Positions 50,066-60,583 of a stretch of DNA of 64,000 nucleotides are shown here, in pieces. The position numbers and the translations under genes are program-made. The DNA comes from Bdellovibrionales bacterium (GTDB taxonomy: Bacteria; Bdellovibrionota; Bdellovibrionia; Bdellovibrionales; JAMPXM01). Within the stretch, counting starts at the first letter, position 1. Each line of letters opens with the position of its first letter. The notes under the pieces were generated by a model that was given only the letters and a program-made list of their open reading frames with translations, ran no database searches and was not told where the DNA came from. The DNA lies in the NCBI GenBank assembly GCA_043739185.1, contig JAYUEN010000386.1:1-64000 (forward strand). Reading direction: 5' to 3'.

Positions 50066-50497
50066 CTATTTTGGTGGAGGCAGGCTTGAGCTTGGGCCTC
50101 TTTCAGCCTCAATCTTTTTTGCAAGCGCCTCGATCTTAGCGATTTCTTCAGGTGTCAGCATTTTAATAAAGTCTTCAGGTTTTTTTTGAGTTTCTGCATT
50201 CATCAGTTTTGCGTCGCCGTTGGTTTTTTGAGTCATAGTCGCCATCACTTCAGAGACGAGTTCATAGAGTTCTTCTTTATGTTTTGCTCCAACAAATTCC
50301 TCAGCTGATTTCATTGTGGCCGCGGCTTTGGGCGACTGCTTTCCTGCCTCTTCACGCTGTTTTGGGTCACGCAATAAGGCTTGGGTTTTAGCCAGAGCCT
50401 CATCATTTATAGCTTTGTCGTCGGCATAGCCAAGATAGGGGAAAATTAATACGAGTAAAAAGATAAGTATGACGCCGCGAAGTGCTTTTATTGCCAT
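50066..50497 (-). CDS. hypothetical exported helical protein
   Basis: Signal peptide; overlaps the stop of the upstream gene. Confidence 0.75.
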   Translation of the reverse strand: MAIKALRGVILIFLLVLIFPYLGYADDKAINDEALAKTQALLRDPKQREEAGKQSPKAAATMKSAEEFVGAKHKEELYELVSEVMATMTQKTNGDAKLMNAETQKKPEDFIKMLTPEEIAKIEALAKKIEAERGPSSSLPPPK

Positions 50498-51147
50498 AAT
50501 CTATATTCCTCTTGAGTTTCTTCTCGTGATTTATTTTTTAATAAAACCAATTTTCTCTGTTCAAGAGCCTGTCGCTCTAAATTCAATTGGTCAGCGGTAT
50601 TATACTGTGCCGTCTGGCCCATTTTGATCTCATTTTGCAGATAACTTGCTTCGAAATAAATCTGGCGATTTTCGAGTGTCTCTGCCCTAAATTTAAAATA
50701 AACTTGTTCAATATCGCCCGCCTCGAGGTTCAATATGATTGGTGATGACAAGGGCGCAATCGGGAAAATATCTTTAGGGTAATGCCAAGTGATTTGAACT
50801 GGGCCAAGCTGGCGCTCAATTTTCACAGTACCCACAATTTCGAATTCTTTTTCGAGTTGTAGTGGGGTCGCAGTTCGACTTGAAATCTCAACACTGAGAG
50901 CACCATGTGGTTTTTTTAGTTCATGCAAAAGGCTATTTTTTTGAGGTGCTTTGAGGCGCTCCTGCTTGCTGTCATCAGCAGGAACATTTACATCTATTCG
51001 GGCTGGAGCCAGGCTAGTCGGATGGCGACTGCTTTTGCTGTCGGTGTCTTCGAGATACTGATTTTTAACCGCAAGAAATGCCAAATAGCTTAGGAGCAAA
51101 ATGCTCAAGGGAAGACTCATGAGTTTTAATTTTTCATGCCATTTCAT
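50488..51147 (-). CDS. hypothetical membrane-anchored protein
   Basis: Probable start 51147 (GGAG RBS, MKWHEK..., TM helix); track start 51309 overlaps the upstream gene. Confidence 0.7.
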   Translation of the reverse strand: MKWHEKLKLMSLPLSILLLSYLAFLAVKNQYLEDTDSKSSRHPTSLAPARIDVNVPADDSKQERLKAPQKNSLLHELKKPHGALSVEISSRTATPLQLEKEFEIVGTVKIERQLGPVQITWHYPKDIFPIAPLSSPIILNLEAGDIEQVYFKFRAETLENRQIYFEASYLQNEIKMGQTAQYNTADQLNLERQALEQRKLVLLKNKSREETQEEYRLWQ

Positions 51148-51158
51148 TCGTGTCTCCG

Positions 51159-53237
51159 TCAGTACGTGATGCAGCCAGGATTTGAGTTCAGTTTCAAACT
51201 GAAATTTGTCAAACCGGAGGCGGAAGGGGTCGCTGAAACATTTATTAAATAAAAACCAGCATTGAGATCGGCTACGATACGCTCTGAACATTGTGTAGTG
51301 GATGTGCAATTGAGGGGCGGCGAACTTTCGCTAGACGCTCTACGTGAGGAGTTGTCGCCTAAATAGTGTCTTTCAGAATACACGAATAAATCAAGATCGG
51401 CTAAGGCCCCCGAGGGAGTTGAATAACTCAATTGTAAGTCTAATTTTCCTCCGGGATGATAATAAGAATAAAAGCGATCATTGCGAAAATAATCTCCGTC
51501 AAGAGATGCCACTGGTGAAATTGATTCGATGCTGCTGACAAAACAATTACTCGTGTTCAAAATGGCGCCATAGGTTTTGCGATCAGCACTTTGATGTTCC
51601 ATTTGTCGAAGGCTACTCCAATCGGAGTGACCAGACTTGGCGTTTTGCATTAGATGAAAAGAACCCATATTTCGAAAGTGTTGATCATTTGTCCGAAAGC
51701 CCTGGCTCGATCCGTTGAATACTGACCAGATTTCTGCAAAGGGACTCTGTATATTTTCATCAGGTGCCTGTGAGCCAGCGCCGCTCACAGGATGCGGATC
51801 AATTGCATCCCACAACAAACGTGTTATTGAAAATTCGTGATAGATACCTTCCCCATTTGGGTTTGGCGAAACTTGATCGGCTGAGTTTGCCGTAAGATGT
51901 TCGATATCTTCATTGAAAAATACACCGGCGGTGCCATCTTCATTTCCGTAAGTATCTCGATAAACCGGATTGCCAGTAACACTCGCTTGAAAGAAGTCGG
52001 CCCAGCCCTCACTCCATGCCAAGCGAGGATCAAGTTGTGAAAAGCCATCATGACTTCCGCCAGGGGAGTCAGATTTGCCATAGTGATCCTCCATGAAATG
52101 CCCGTATTCGTGAATAATAACAGAGTTATCAAAGTGATCTGTATCTGAATAGTTCACATCGCCATTGATGCCGCCCATAATGAAGAGCTGACTCTTGCCA
52201 GGAAGATAGTAACTGATGCCTGAATTCGGATCGAGACCTTCATAGGCGCCAGGATTAAATCCTTTTTTCCAAAATGCTTGAACCAATGGTCCAACTACAA
52301 ATGGCGTACAGTCCGGAAATGTTGCAGAGCCACAGCCTTGCGCACTTGAAGTAAAGTTACGTAAAAAAACATTGGCACGCGCGAGTTGATCTAAAATATT
52401 AAAAGCTCCGCCTTCAAGACTTCCTTGCGCGGGTGCAATCAAATTTACTTTATTCAAATCGTGAGCCGCAGTAATTGAAGAGCTGACGGCATAACTTTGA
52501 TTCGAAACAGGATCCTGCAAAACATAAGCTTGAAGATTTAGGTTATTGGCACGGGAATGTATTGAAACAAGATACTGAGCATTGGATTTCGGCAAAGAGA
52601 AATTGAAATTACCCATTGAATCGCTTTCGGCACATTGAATGATTTGACCACTGCTATCGCTAATACTTATTTCGGCAAAACGAATTGCCTGAGGAAAATC
52701 ACCGCGCGTTCTTTTTAGATTACTTGAGGTTGATAGATTGAAAGTTTGCGCCTCATTTTTAGGAGTCAAAACGAGTGCACTGCCATTTGCGGTTGCTATC
52801 ATATCTGCGGCGGCATCATTGTTCACCGCCGTCATCAAGTTCGAAATGACATCGCTTGCAGTATAATTTACGCCCGCTTGCCACGAGAAATCATGTGAGT
52901 TAATACTCAAATCGAAAGCTTGGGCGCCTGAAGCGACCACCGGCATCAATGTTATGATTCCATTTGCAATCGGCCCATTGCCATTCACACGAAACTCATA
53001 AACGGCTCGACCCGAAACCAGTACTGCGTCTGAAAAAGTTTTTGATGGGAGATAAGGACAGTAAGGTTCTGGTGGAACAGAAAAAGACGAATTTGAATCT
53101 GAAGAGCTGCCGTTTGAGCAATTATTGAAAAACAGACTTAGGATCAACATGAAAAAAACAAAATGAACAAGAGCCTTGACCTTTTGCCAGAAGATTCTAT
53201 TTGAGCTGAAGAAAATATTTGAAGACTTAGTGGCCAT
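51159..53237 (-). CDS. large lipoprotein with a zincin HExxH metallopeptidase domain and PPC-like C-terminus
   Basis: Lipobox-like FNNC; VIIHEYGHF and AWSEGWADF; DLDLFVY..G.YLINV. Confidence 0.75.
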   Translation of the reverse strand: MATKSSNIFFSSNRIFWQKVKALVHFVFFMLILSLFFNNCSNGSSSDSNSSFSVPPEPYCPYLPSKTFSDAVLVSGRAVYEFRVNGNGPIANGIITLMPVVASGAQAFDLSINSHDFSWQAGVNYTASDVISNLMTAVNNDAAADMIATANGSALVLTPKNEAQTFNLSTSSNLKRTRGDFPQAIRFAEISISDSSGQIIQCAESDSMGNFNFSLPKSNAQYLVSIHSRANNLNLQAYVLQDPVSNQSYAVSSSITAAHDLNKVNLIAPAQGSLEGGAFNILDQLARANVFLRNFTSSAQGCGSATFPDCTPFVVGPLVQAFWKKGFNPGAYEGLDPNSGISYYLPGKSQLFIMGGINGDVNYSDTDHFDNSVIIHEYGHFMEDHYGKSDSPGGSHDGFSQLDPRLAWSEGWADFFQASVTGNPVYRDTYGNEDGTAGVFFNEDIEHLTANSADQVSPNPNGEGIYHEFSITRLLWDAIDPHPVSGAGSQAPDENIQSPFAEIWSVFNGSSQGFRTNDQHFRNMGSFHLMQNAKSGHSDWSSLRQMEHQSADRKTYGAILNTSNCFVSSIESISPVASLDGDYFRNDRFYSYYHPGGKLDLQLSYSTPSGALADLDLFVYSERHYLGDNSSRRASSESSPPLNCTSTTQCSERIVADLNAGFYLINVSATPSASGLTNFSLKLNSNPGCITY

Positions 53238-53397
53238 ACCTCGTCTTCGGCAGAATTAGAAATCGGCCTTACAAGGCCTTCGCAAAATTGGCCTAAAGTT
53301 ACCTCATATGTTGAGCTTCAATTTAATAATTACCGAATAAAATCGTTGTCAAAACGAGACAGCATCAGATAAGTTTTGAGTCGCGAAACGAGGTCCT

Positions 53398-53655
53398 ATG
53401 CAAAAAGGTTTTAATTCAGATATCGAGTATGATGGTAGCAATTACCACGTTCAAAGTGAGGATTGGGGCACTGAAAACCCTTATTTAGTTAGTCGAGTTT
53501 TTTTAAATGGTGCCGTAATTAAAAATATTAAAACTTCGTATCGGGATGTCCTTAAGCCCAGTTCTTATCAAGACCCACGAGCAATTCGTCTAGCCTTGAT
53601 TGAACAACATCAACAGGTTCTAGACCAACTTGTGTCTGGCAGTTTAATTTATTAA
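53398..53655 (+). CDS. small hypothetical protein
   Basis: GAGG RBS; GFN.DI....YHVQSED.G pattern; upstream of ftsE. Confidence 0.75.
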   Translation: MQKGFNSDIEYDGSNYHVQSEDWGTENPYLVSRVFLNGAVIKNIKTSYRDVLKPSSYQDPRAIRLALIEQHQQVLDQLVSGSLIY

Positions 53656-53690
53656 TTGGTTCATTTAAAGTCACAGCTTACACTATAGGA

Positions 53691-54350
53691 ATGATACATT
53701 TTTCGCACGTCTATAAGACTTATTCTGGTGGCGTTCATGCACTTTCAAATATAGATCTCGAAATTCACAAGGGCGAATTTCTTTTTCTAACCGGCCCGAG
53801 TGGCTCTGGCAAGACTACACTATTTAAAATGATTAGCGCCTTTGATGCGGCAACCTCAGGAAAACTCTTTGTTGAGGGTTATGATTTGAGTCGGATCAAC
53901 CAACGAGAAATTCCTTTTCTTAGAAGAAAAATTGGCGTGGTATTTCAGGACTTCAGGCTCCTTCGAAAGCGCAGCATTTTTGAAAATGTTGCTTTGCCAC
54001 TTCAAATTAAAAATGAAAAGGCGAGTTATATTCAAAGACGAACGCAAGAAGTCTTAGATCAAGTGGGCCTCATATACAAAGCCAAATCTTTTCCAGAGCA
54101 ACTCTCCGGCGGAGAACAACAGCGCGTGGCGATAGCTCGGGCGATCATTCATCAACCAGGGGTTTTGATTGCGGATGAGCCAACCGGTAATTTAGATCCT
54201 GAGTTGAGTGAGGAGATTATGGATCTTCTCGTAAAAGTAAATTCTCAAGGGACCACAGTTTTTGTTGCGAGCCATGATCACGATTTGGTGCGAAAGCGAG
54301 CGCGCAGAGTCGTTCAAATTCAAGCAGGCAAAATCATTTCAGATTGTTGA
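53691..54350 (+). CDS. ftsE: cell division ATP-binding protein FtsE
   Basis: GPSGSGKT, IGVVFQDFRLL, LSGGEQQR and ADEPTGNLDP motifs. Confidence 0.93.
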   Translation: MIHFSHVYKTYSGGVHALSNIDLEIHKGEFLFLTGPSGSGKTTLFKMISAFDAATSGKLFVEGYDLSRINQREIPFLRRKIGVVFQDFRLLRKRSIFENVALPLQIKNEKASYIQRRTQEVLDQVGLIYKAKSFPEQLSGGEQQRVAIARAIIHQPGVLIADEPTGNLDPELSEEIMDLLVKVNSQGTTVFVASHDHDLVRKRARRVVQIQAGKIISDC

Positions 54351-54363
54351 GAAAGAACCAATA

Positions 54364-55290
54364 ATGAGAGAAGAAATATCAAATTTGAAGCGTGCTTGGA
54401 TTCATCATACGGGAATGCAATTTGCGACCTTGTTGGTCTTGGTTGCAAGTTTCTCGGTTATTAGCTTCATTTTAATCTTCATGTTAAATCTTCAATCTGT
54501 TCTTACGAGCTGGGGCGACTCGATTCGTGTTACGGCTTATTTAAAAGAAAATGTAACGGATGAGCGGATTGAACTTATCAAGAAGAATATTTCAGCGCTC
54601 AAAGATGCTGAAAAAATTGAATTTGTAGACAAATCCACCGCAAAGAACTTGTTCAGGCAACAAATGGCAACCTATGCGCCGTCGCTCTTGAATGATACCG
54701 AGTTTTCAAATCCATTTCCGGCAAGTGTGATCATTAGCCTCAAGTCTGGTTTGCGCGACCAAAGCGGCACATCTCGACTTGAGCGAATTGCCACTGAGCT
54801 CCAAGCCATGCCCGAGGTTGAGGATGTTTCTTACGGGCAAAATTGGGTCCAGAATTTTTCACATCTGGCTGAGGCCATTTCGCATTCTGGTTGGATCTTA
54901 ATCTCAGTCATATTGGCCGGCAGTCTTCTCATTATTAGCAATTCGATTCGAGTGAGTATTGCGAGTCGAAAAGAAGAGATTGAAATTCTAGAGCTGGTCG
55001 GAGCTACCGCAAAGATGATTCGACTTCCCTTTATTTTTGAAGCGGCATTTATGGGATTCTTGGCAATGTGTATAGCGCTTATCACGAACTACGGTATTTT
55101 CACTTGGGAGCAATCTTTTTTGCGAGACAATCTCGCATTTGCCAGACTGACTGAACAAATTTTATTTTTACGGCCGGCAGCAATATTCGGTCTTTTAGTT
55201 GCAGGCCTCTTTTGGGGCGCTTTGAGTGCTTATTTCACAATAAGAAAAATGAACAATGGTTGGTTGGCCGCAGAAGGAAAGTTTGAGTGA
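54364..55290 (+). CDS. ftsX: cell division permease FtsX
   Basis: NPFPAS and EIEILELVGAT..IRLPF motifs; probable start 54364. Confidence 0.9.
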   Translation: MREEISNLKRAWIHHTGMQFATLLVLVASFSVISFILIFMLNLQSVLTSWGDSIRVTAYLKENVTDERIELIKKNISALKDAEKIEFVDKSTAKNLFRQQMATYAPSLLNDTEFSNPFPASVIISLKSGLRDQSGTSRLERIATELQAMPEVEDVSYGQNWVQNFSHLAEAISHSGWILISVILAGSLLIISNSIRVSIASRKEEIEILELVGATAKMIRLPFIFEAAFMGFLAMCIALITNYGIFTWEQSFLRDNLAFARLTEQILFLRPAAIFGLLVAGLFWGALSAYFTIRKMNNGWLAAEGKFE

Positions 55291-56480
55291 ATAAGAAGAT
55301 CATTCAAAGGTTTTTTGCATTCAGCGCATTGTTGGTTTTTACAAGGCACTCATATGCCCTTGAAACCACCGTGATACTTCAAGGAGTCGAAACTGCGCCT
55401 GAGGCCAAAGAGGTTGCGGTTGAAGTGCAAAAAAATCGCGACTCAATCTCAGAGAAAGATCAAGAAAAGCGTAAGATTTTGGGCTCGCTTTACGAGATTT
55501 CAAGGCGAATGAGAAAAATCACGCAGGAAAAAGGCGAAATGACAGATCGTCTACTTCGTACTCAAGGCAATGTTAAGTTCATTGCTAAAGATATTGCCAA
55601 ATTAGAAAAGAAAATAGAAGGTGAGCAAAAAGCACTTAAAACCAGTATAAAAAATCTCTACAAAATGTCCGGCGAGACATATTTGGCGATCCTCTTTTCT
55701 CAAGAAACAGCATTGTCTTTAGATCGTTCGCTCAAATTTCTAAAGATTCTTTCAGAGCGTGATTTTGAATTGATCAAATCTTATGAGAAAAGCATCGCGG
55801 AGCTAACCACTAAAAAAAGCAAACTCAATTTACAAGTAAAAAAGCTCATTCATATTGAAGGGGATATTAAAAAGCAAGAGTCACTTCTTTTGACCGAACA
55901 CAACGAGAAGTCGAAGATTGCGTCCGAAATTGAAAGTAAGAAACTGGCAAATGTTGAGAAAATTAAAACTTTGCGAACCAAAGCTGAGGAGAAAAAACTC
56001 ACAAATTTCGACTCGGCACTATCAGACTTGCTCAAGTCGGCCTTTTATGAAAACAAAGGACAATTGCCTGCGCCCATTTTCGGTCAGATCATTCACGACT
56101 TTGGTCTGAGCAAACACGAAGAATATCCAATTGAATTCAGTCACAAGGGTTGGTTGTACTCCGCTGCAAAATCAGCAGTGGTAACCGCTATCTTCGACGG
56201 AAGAGTTTCGTTCTCGGGCTCAATCGAGGGTTATGGGGAAACGCTGATTCTTGATCACGGAGATCACTACTACTCGGTTTACTCTCACCTAAGTCAAGTC
56301 AAGGTCGCGCAAAATGAGGTGGTGAAAAAATCCCAGCGGATCGCGAGTGCTGGCTCGACATCTCAAGCAAATGATGTTGGAATTTATTTTGAGATTAGGC
56401 ACTTTTCAGAACCCGAAAATCCAAAGCAGTGGATTTCACCTCAAGACGTAAAGGTTTCGTTGCGGGATGCAAAAGAGTGA
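55287..56480 (+). CDS. envC: murein hydrolase activator EnvC (coiled coil plus degenerate M23)
   Basis: Coiled coil; GYG..ILDHG..YSHL and YFEIR; follows ftsEX. Confidence 0.85.
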   Translation: MNKKIIQRFFAFSALLVFTRHSYALETTVILQGVETAPEAKEVAVEVQKNRDSISEKDQEKRKILGSLYEISRRMRKITQEKGEMTDRLLRTQGNVKFIAKDIAKLEKKIEGEQKALKTSIKNLYKMSGETYLAILFSQETALSLDRSLKFLKILSERDFELIKSYEKSIAELTTKKSKLNLQVKKLIHIEGDIKKQESLLLTEHNEKSKIASEIESKKLANVEKIKTLRTKAEEKKLTNFDSALSDLLKSAFYENKGQLPAPIFGQIIHDFGLSKHEEYPIEFSHKGWLYSAAKSAVVTAIFDGRVSFSGSIEGYGETLILDHGDHYYSVYSHLSQVKVAQNEVVKKSQRIASAGSTSQANDVGIYFEIRHFSEPENPKQWISPQDVKVSLRDAKE

Positions 56481-56525
56481 CCAGATTAAAAGTAAAATAT
56501 GCGACTAGAATTCAAAGGAGATTTC

Positions 56526-57992
56526 GTGACTAGCAAATTTAAGAAATTCATCTGCAGCTTTCTCTTCATTTTGGCTCTTACAGTCGTGCTTTTACTTTTT
56601 AGCGCAAATAGCATTTCCGCTTTCGCAGCCGAGCGTTATCAAGAGCTTCAGATTTTTACCAAGGTGCTCAATTTTGTACAGCAGTATTATGTCGAAGAAG
56701 TTGACACCAAGAAACTGGTCTATGGCGCCATAAAAGGAATGTTGCAGGAATTAGATCCCCATACAAATTTTTTACCGCCAGATCTCTACAAAGAATTTGA
56801 AAGTGAAACCAGTGGCGAGTTTGGCGGACTCGGGATCGAGATCACCGTGCAAAATGATGTGCTGACGGTGATTGCGCCGATCGAGGATACTCCGGCATGG
56901 GAAGCTGGCATTCAAGCTGGCGATAAAATTGTTGAGGTCAATGGTGAAAGTACAAAGGGTTTGAGTCTTGCAGAAGCGGCACAAAAGATGCGCGGCAAAC
57001 GTGGGAGCAAGGTTCGCCTCGGAATATTTCGCGATGGCTTCGATAAGCCTAAGGAGTTTGTTGTACAACGAGGAGTCGTCAAGATTCGCTCAGTCAAATT
57101 CACCGACTTAAACGACGGCTTTGGCTACATTCGACTTACAAGCTTTATTGAAAATTCCGGCGCCGAAATGGAGAAAGCCGTAAAGGAACATGTTAAAAAT
57201 AACAAGCTTGGAGTAAAGGGTTTGATTATTGACTTGCGCAGAAATCCCGGCGGTCTTTTGGATCAAGCAATTCGCATCAGTAATCTATTTTTAGATAAGG
57301 GGATTATCGTTTCAACAATCGGTCGAAATCAGCGTGAAAAAGAAGTCGTCATGGCCAAGAAAGAGGGCGGCTTTGTCAATTTCCCTTTAATCGTTTTGAT
57401 CAATGAATATTCTGCTAGTGCTAGTGAAATTTTAGCTGGAGCTTTGCAAGACAATAAGCGTGCACTGATCATGGGGCAAACCAGTTTTGGCAAAGGTTCC
57501 GTTCAGTCGGTTGTAAAATTGGGAGACGGATCGGCGCTGAAGCTTACTGTAGCTAGATATTATACGCCAAGTGGTCGCTCCATTCAGGCCGAGGGGATTA
57601 AACCAGATGTATTCATTGATGATGTCGATGCCGAAAATTATAAGAAGGCCATTATCAAGAGAGATGTTCGACGTGAATCCGATATGCAAAATCATTTGCT
57701 CGGTACCAAAGAGCAAGAACAGGCCAAAGAAAACGATGCAAATAAATCAAGTTCGACAGATAAGAAAACCGGTGAAGATGTGAACTACTGGTGGAAGAGC
57801 GATACTTCGAAAAAGAAGCCGGCTTCACCAAGAGAAAAGCTACTGAGCGAGGATTTTCAAGTCATGCAAGCATACAATTATTTAAGAGCTTGGCGCACGA
57901 TTGAAAATTATGGAGGCGGCGTTGCTCCTCCAACCGCAAGCATTGCACCTGAGCCGTTAAATGCTAAAGGGCAAAAAAAAGAGACTAAATAA
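56526..57992 (+). CDS. ctpA: carboxyl-terminal processing protease (S41A)
   Basis: PDZ GGLGI, DLRRNPGG, SASASEI and FGKGSVQ motifs; probable GTG start 56526 with AGGAG RBS. Confidence 0.92.
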   Translation: MTSKFKKFICSFLFILALTVVLLLFSANSISAFAAERYQELQIFTKVLNFVQQYYVEEVDTKKLVYGAIKGMLQELDPHTNFLPPDLYKEFESETSGEFGGLGIEITVQNDVLTVIAPIEDTPAWEAGIQAGDKIVEVNGESTKGLSLAEAAQKMRGKRGSKVRLGIFRDGFDKPKEFVVQRGVVKIRSVKFTDLNDGFGYIRLTSFIENSGAEMEKAVKEHVKNNKLGVKGLIIDLRRNPGGLLDQAIRISNLFLDKGIIVSTIGRNQREKEVVMAKKEGGFVNFPLIVLINEYSASASEILAGALQDNKRALIMGQTSFGKGSVQSVVKLGDGSALKLTVARYYTPSGRSIQAEGIKPDVFIDDVDAENYKKAIIKRDVRRESDMQNHLLGTKEQEQAKENDANKSSSTDKKTGEDVNYWWKSDTSKKKPASPREKLLSEDFQVMQAYNYLRAWRTIENYGGGVAPPTASIAPEPLNAKGQKKETK

Positions 57993-58007
57993 ATTGTTAT
58001 GCGGGCC

Positions 58008-58727
58008 CTAACGTGACCTTAGGCGTTTTAGATGTTCTTCGCTCCACCAGAGTTTGCCAAATTGCGAGCTCTCGTTTTTTTCATTCAGGATTTGTATGCT
58101 CGAATTGAGAGCCCTTGAATGAAGTGAAATTTGCTTGGAGAAATTGAGAACATAGGTCTCGATTTCTGTGCGAGATAAAACCTGATCTATCAGGTTGAGA
58201 CGAGCGGCCTCATAAGCAGAAAGAACCTCGCTTCTCAAAAGAGATCTTTTCAGTTGATTCAGAGATATGCGTTCTGCAAGACGTGATGTTCCTCCCCAGC
58301 CGCAAAGCAAAGCCTGTTTCGATTGCCAAAAGCCAAAGAGAACCTCTGGCGTTGCAAAAGCGAAGTCGCAACATGATAAAAGTTCAATACCACCACCAAA
58401 ACAGTCGCCGGTGAGCATGGCAACTTTGACCATTTTTAGTTCATGAAAGCGTTTTAAAATGCTCGCGATCTCGCGATTCAGCTTTATTCCAGAAGCTTTG
58501 CTATTTAAATTTCGATAGTTTTTTAGGTTTCCGCCGGTGCAAAAAAAGCGACTCGTTCCGGTGAGCAAGAGTAGGTTTTTTTTTGACTTGGGAGCACTTA
58601 GCTTTTTGATATGAGAATCGAACTCACGTGCCGTTTCAATACCAAGCGCATTTCCGGTTTCGGGATCACTCAACGTGATTTTGATGATTCTCTCGTCGAG
58701 ATTCTCTGCTACAATTTTGGTCGGCAT
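58008..58727 (-). CDS. enoyl-CoA hydratase/isomerase family protein
   Basis: FCTGGNL, GGGIEL and GWGGT motifs. Confidence 0.82.
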   Translation of the reverse strand: MPTKIVAENLDERIIKITLSDPETGNALGIETAREFDSHIKKLSAPKSKKNLLLLTGTSRFFCTGGNLKNYRNLNSKASGIKLNREIASILKRFHELKMVKVAMLTGDCFGGGIELLSCCDFAFATPEVLFGFWQSKQALLCGWGGTSRLAERISLNQLKRSLLRSEVLSAYEAARLNLIDQVLSRTEIETYVLNFSKQISLHSRALNSSIQILNEKNESSQFGKLWWSEEHLKRLRSR

Positions 58728-58752
58728 AAATTCCTTAACTTATGAAAAGCGC

Positions 58753-59439
58753 TTAAAGCCCGCCAACCAAACCTGATTTACCTACAAATTCAACACCCAC
58801 CCCACAACCACCACCATTCATTCCCTTGTTTGAACACCAAACAACTTTTGCGGGCATCGCATAGGACTTCTGAATTTCATCTAAAGTAATATGAACCTTC
58901 AATTGATCGCCTCGTTTGACCATAGCGCTTCCTACTAACTCTATATAGGCGCCGCCTTTTGATAGGTTAAATAATATACTATTAGCATTTGGGCGCCCGC
59001 GATCACCCCATTCGACGTCCGCCGACATCACGGTGTCGTACCTGCGATGAATGCGTTGATAAACATTTCGGGCGTTGAGAAACTTGCGAATGATTCCCTG
59101 CAAATCACGAATGACAAAGGGCTTTTCTAAGAAAACCATATTCTGCATACTTTGAAGTTCTTTGATGGACTCTAAACTCTCAATTTTTGCGCTCACTAAA
59201 ATCGGACCGTTATAAGCTGCGGCTCGCAGAGACATCACGCTGGCACGTATTTCTTTTGAATAATTGGTCACATTCATTATTACTAAGCTCGAATTAGGAT
59301 CCAATACTGTACTCAAACCCTGCGGCCGGACGCTCAAAAATCGCATTTCACCGAGTTCAGTCACCAAGGGATCTATTTTCTTTTTCAAAATGAAATTTTC
59401 TTCTTCTGAGGTGCTGGCTAAGACAATTCGATGACTCAT
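58753..59439 (-). CDS. PilZ-domain protein with a degenerate receiver-like N-terminus
   Basis: RxxxR (RIHRR) and NxSxxG (NLSKGG) motifs; FLEKPF receiver-like end. Confidence 0.85.
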   Translation of the reverse strand: MSHRIVLASTSEEENFILKKKIDPLVTELGEMRFLSVRPQGLSTVLDPNSSLVIMNVTNYSKEIRASVMSLRAAAYNGPILVSAKIESLESIKELQSMQNMVFLEKPFVIRDLQGIIRKFLNARNVYQRIHRRYDTVMSADVEWGDRGRPNANSILFNLSKGGAYIELVGSAMVKRGDQLKVHITLDEIQKSYAMPAKVVWCSNKGMNGGGCGVGVEFVGKSGLVGGL

Positions 59440-60317
59440 AGTGAAGCTCCCTTTTTGGCAGAACAGATCTCATTTAATTTCGCTAAACTTGAAAAGCAAA
59501 TTTGTGAAGATTTCTGTGTGTAGTCGCTTGAAAGTGCGGTGTCGCTCGCCCAAATATCTTTGCCAATGGCTACTTCTAAACGCGAGGAAAAATGAAGGCT
59601 GCCTGAGGTTTTATTGCAGTTCCAGCGGGTTTCATTTTGTATTCCAATTTGATTGAGCAAAGCAGAAAACAAACGGAGGCGCGCGCGCTCATTCGGAATG
59701 ATTCTTCCGCCAAGCATTTCGTCAACACTGAGGGACTCACTCGCTTGCTCTAACAAAGCAGATTCAATATCTTTTCTAAAAGATTTAGATGCGAGAATGG
59801 CATCGAATGCAATCGCAAGCTCTGTGCCCACTTTGCAGTTTTGTATACTGCAACTTACTTTTTGAAGCGCAGCCTTCCAGCGCAAATCGTCATTGGCAAA
59901 TTTTTGCAAGAGAGTCTTTGGAGCGGTCTGCTCAAGAGTTTTTTCATTGTATCCTAGGTTTGCAAGCAGTCGACTGCGAGTCTGAATAAGGCTTGCAGGA
60001 GAATCGAGCTCCAAATCAAAATTATTTTTGAAGACAGAAGTGGCCTGCATAAAGGCATCCTTTAAGTTCTGCAGAGATGAAAGTGTCACTTCTTGAGAAG
60101 AAAGAGGTTTTAATTTTAGAATCTTAAAGGTCTCATTTCGGGACTGAAATTGCGCATTCAGTGCACCAAGACTGTTAACTGTCGAGCAGCTACCGAAGCC
60201 AGTCGGCGCAACTTCAGTGGCTTTAATGGGCGAATTAAGCGCCCCTAATAGGGCTCGCCCGTCGGCTCTCACTTCTACCAGATTGATCATAATGAGTATG
60301 GCTATAAGACTTTTCAT
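59436..60317 (-). CDS. hypothetical exported protein
   Basis: Signal peptide; GAGGAG RBS; ATGA overlap with the PilZ gene. Confidence 0.75.
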   Translation of the reverse strand: MKSLIAILIMINLVEVRADGRALLGALNSPIKATEVAPTGFGSCSTVNSLGALNAQFQSRNETFKILKLKPLSSQEVTLSSLQNLKDAFMQATSVFKNNFDLELDSPASLIQTRSRLLANLGYNEKTLEQTAPKTLLQKFANDDLRWKAALQKVSCSIQNCKVGTELAIAFDAILASKSFRKDIESALLEQASESLSVDEMLGGRIIPNERARLRLFSALLNQIGIQNETRWNCNKTSGSLHFSSRLEVAIGKDIWASDTALSSDYTQKSSQICFSSLAKLNEICSAKKGASL

Positions 60318-60338
60318 AGACTCCTCTTTGCCTATAGC

Positions 60339-60365
60339 TTATCGGGACTTTAAAACCTAAGTTTA
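60339..60365 (-). promoter_or_regulatory. sigma28 promoter TAAA-N15-CCCGATAA
   Basis: Near-perfect FliA consensus 22 nt upstream of the 60317 start. Confidence 0.75.
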
Positions 60366-60520
60366 TGAATGGGGGCAAATATCTGTTTAATTTTGTCTTC
60401 TCAAAGTGATGCGAAACCTCTCAAAATCTTTGATTCGATTGATGAATGTAAGCTTACGTAAAATTAGTTATCAATAAAATGCGTATGAATCTGTCGAAAT
60501 CCTTTGCGGCGAGCTTCGAC

Positions 60521-60548
60521 TTAAGATCTTTTTTCAAAATGTCGAATA
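60521..60548 (+). promoter_or_regulatory. putative sigma28 promoter TTAA-N16-GTCGAATA
   Basis: Upstream of the AAGGAG RBS and TTG at 60584. Confidence 0.45.
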
Positions 60549-60583
60549 AACTCTGTTCTTTTCAATTCGATAAAGGAGCCAAC

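Noticed and set aside
53246..53272. sigma28-like motif upstream of the metalloprotease lipoprotein
   Set aside because: Spacer is too long and the motif is too close to the ORF start to call.
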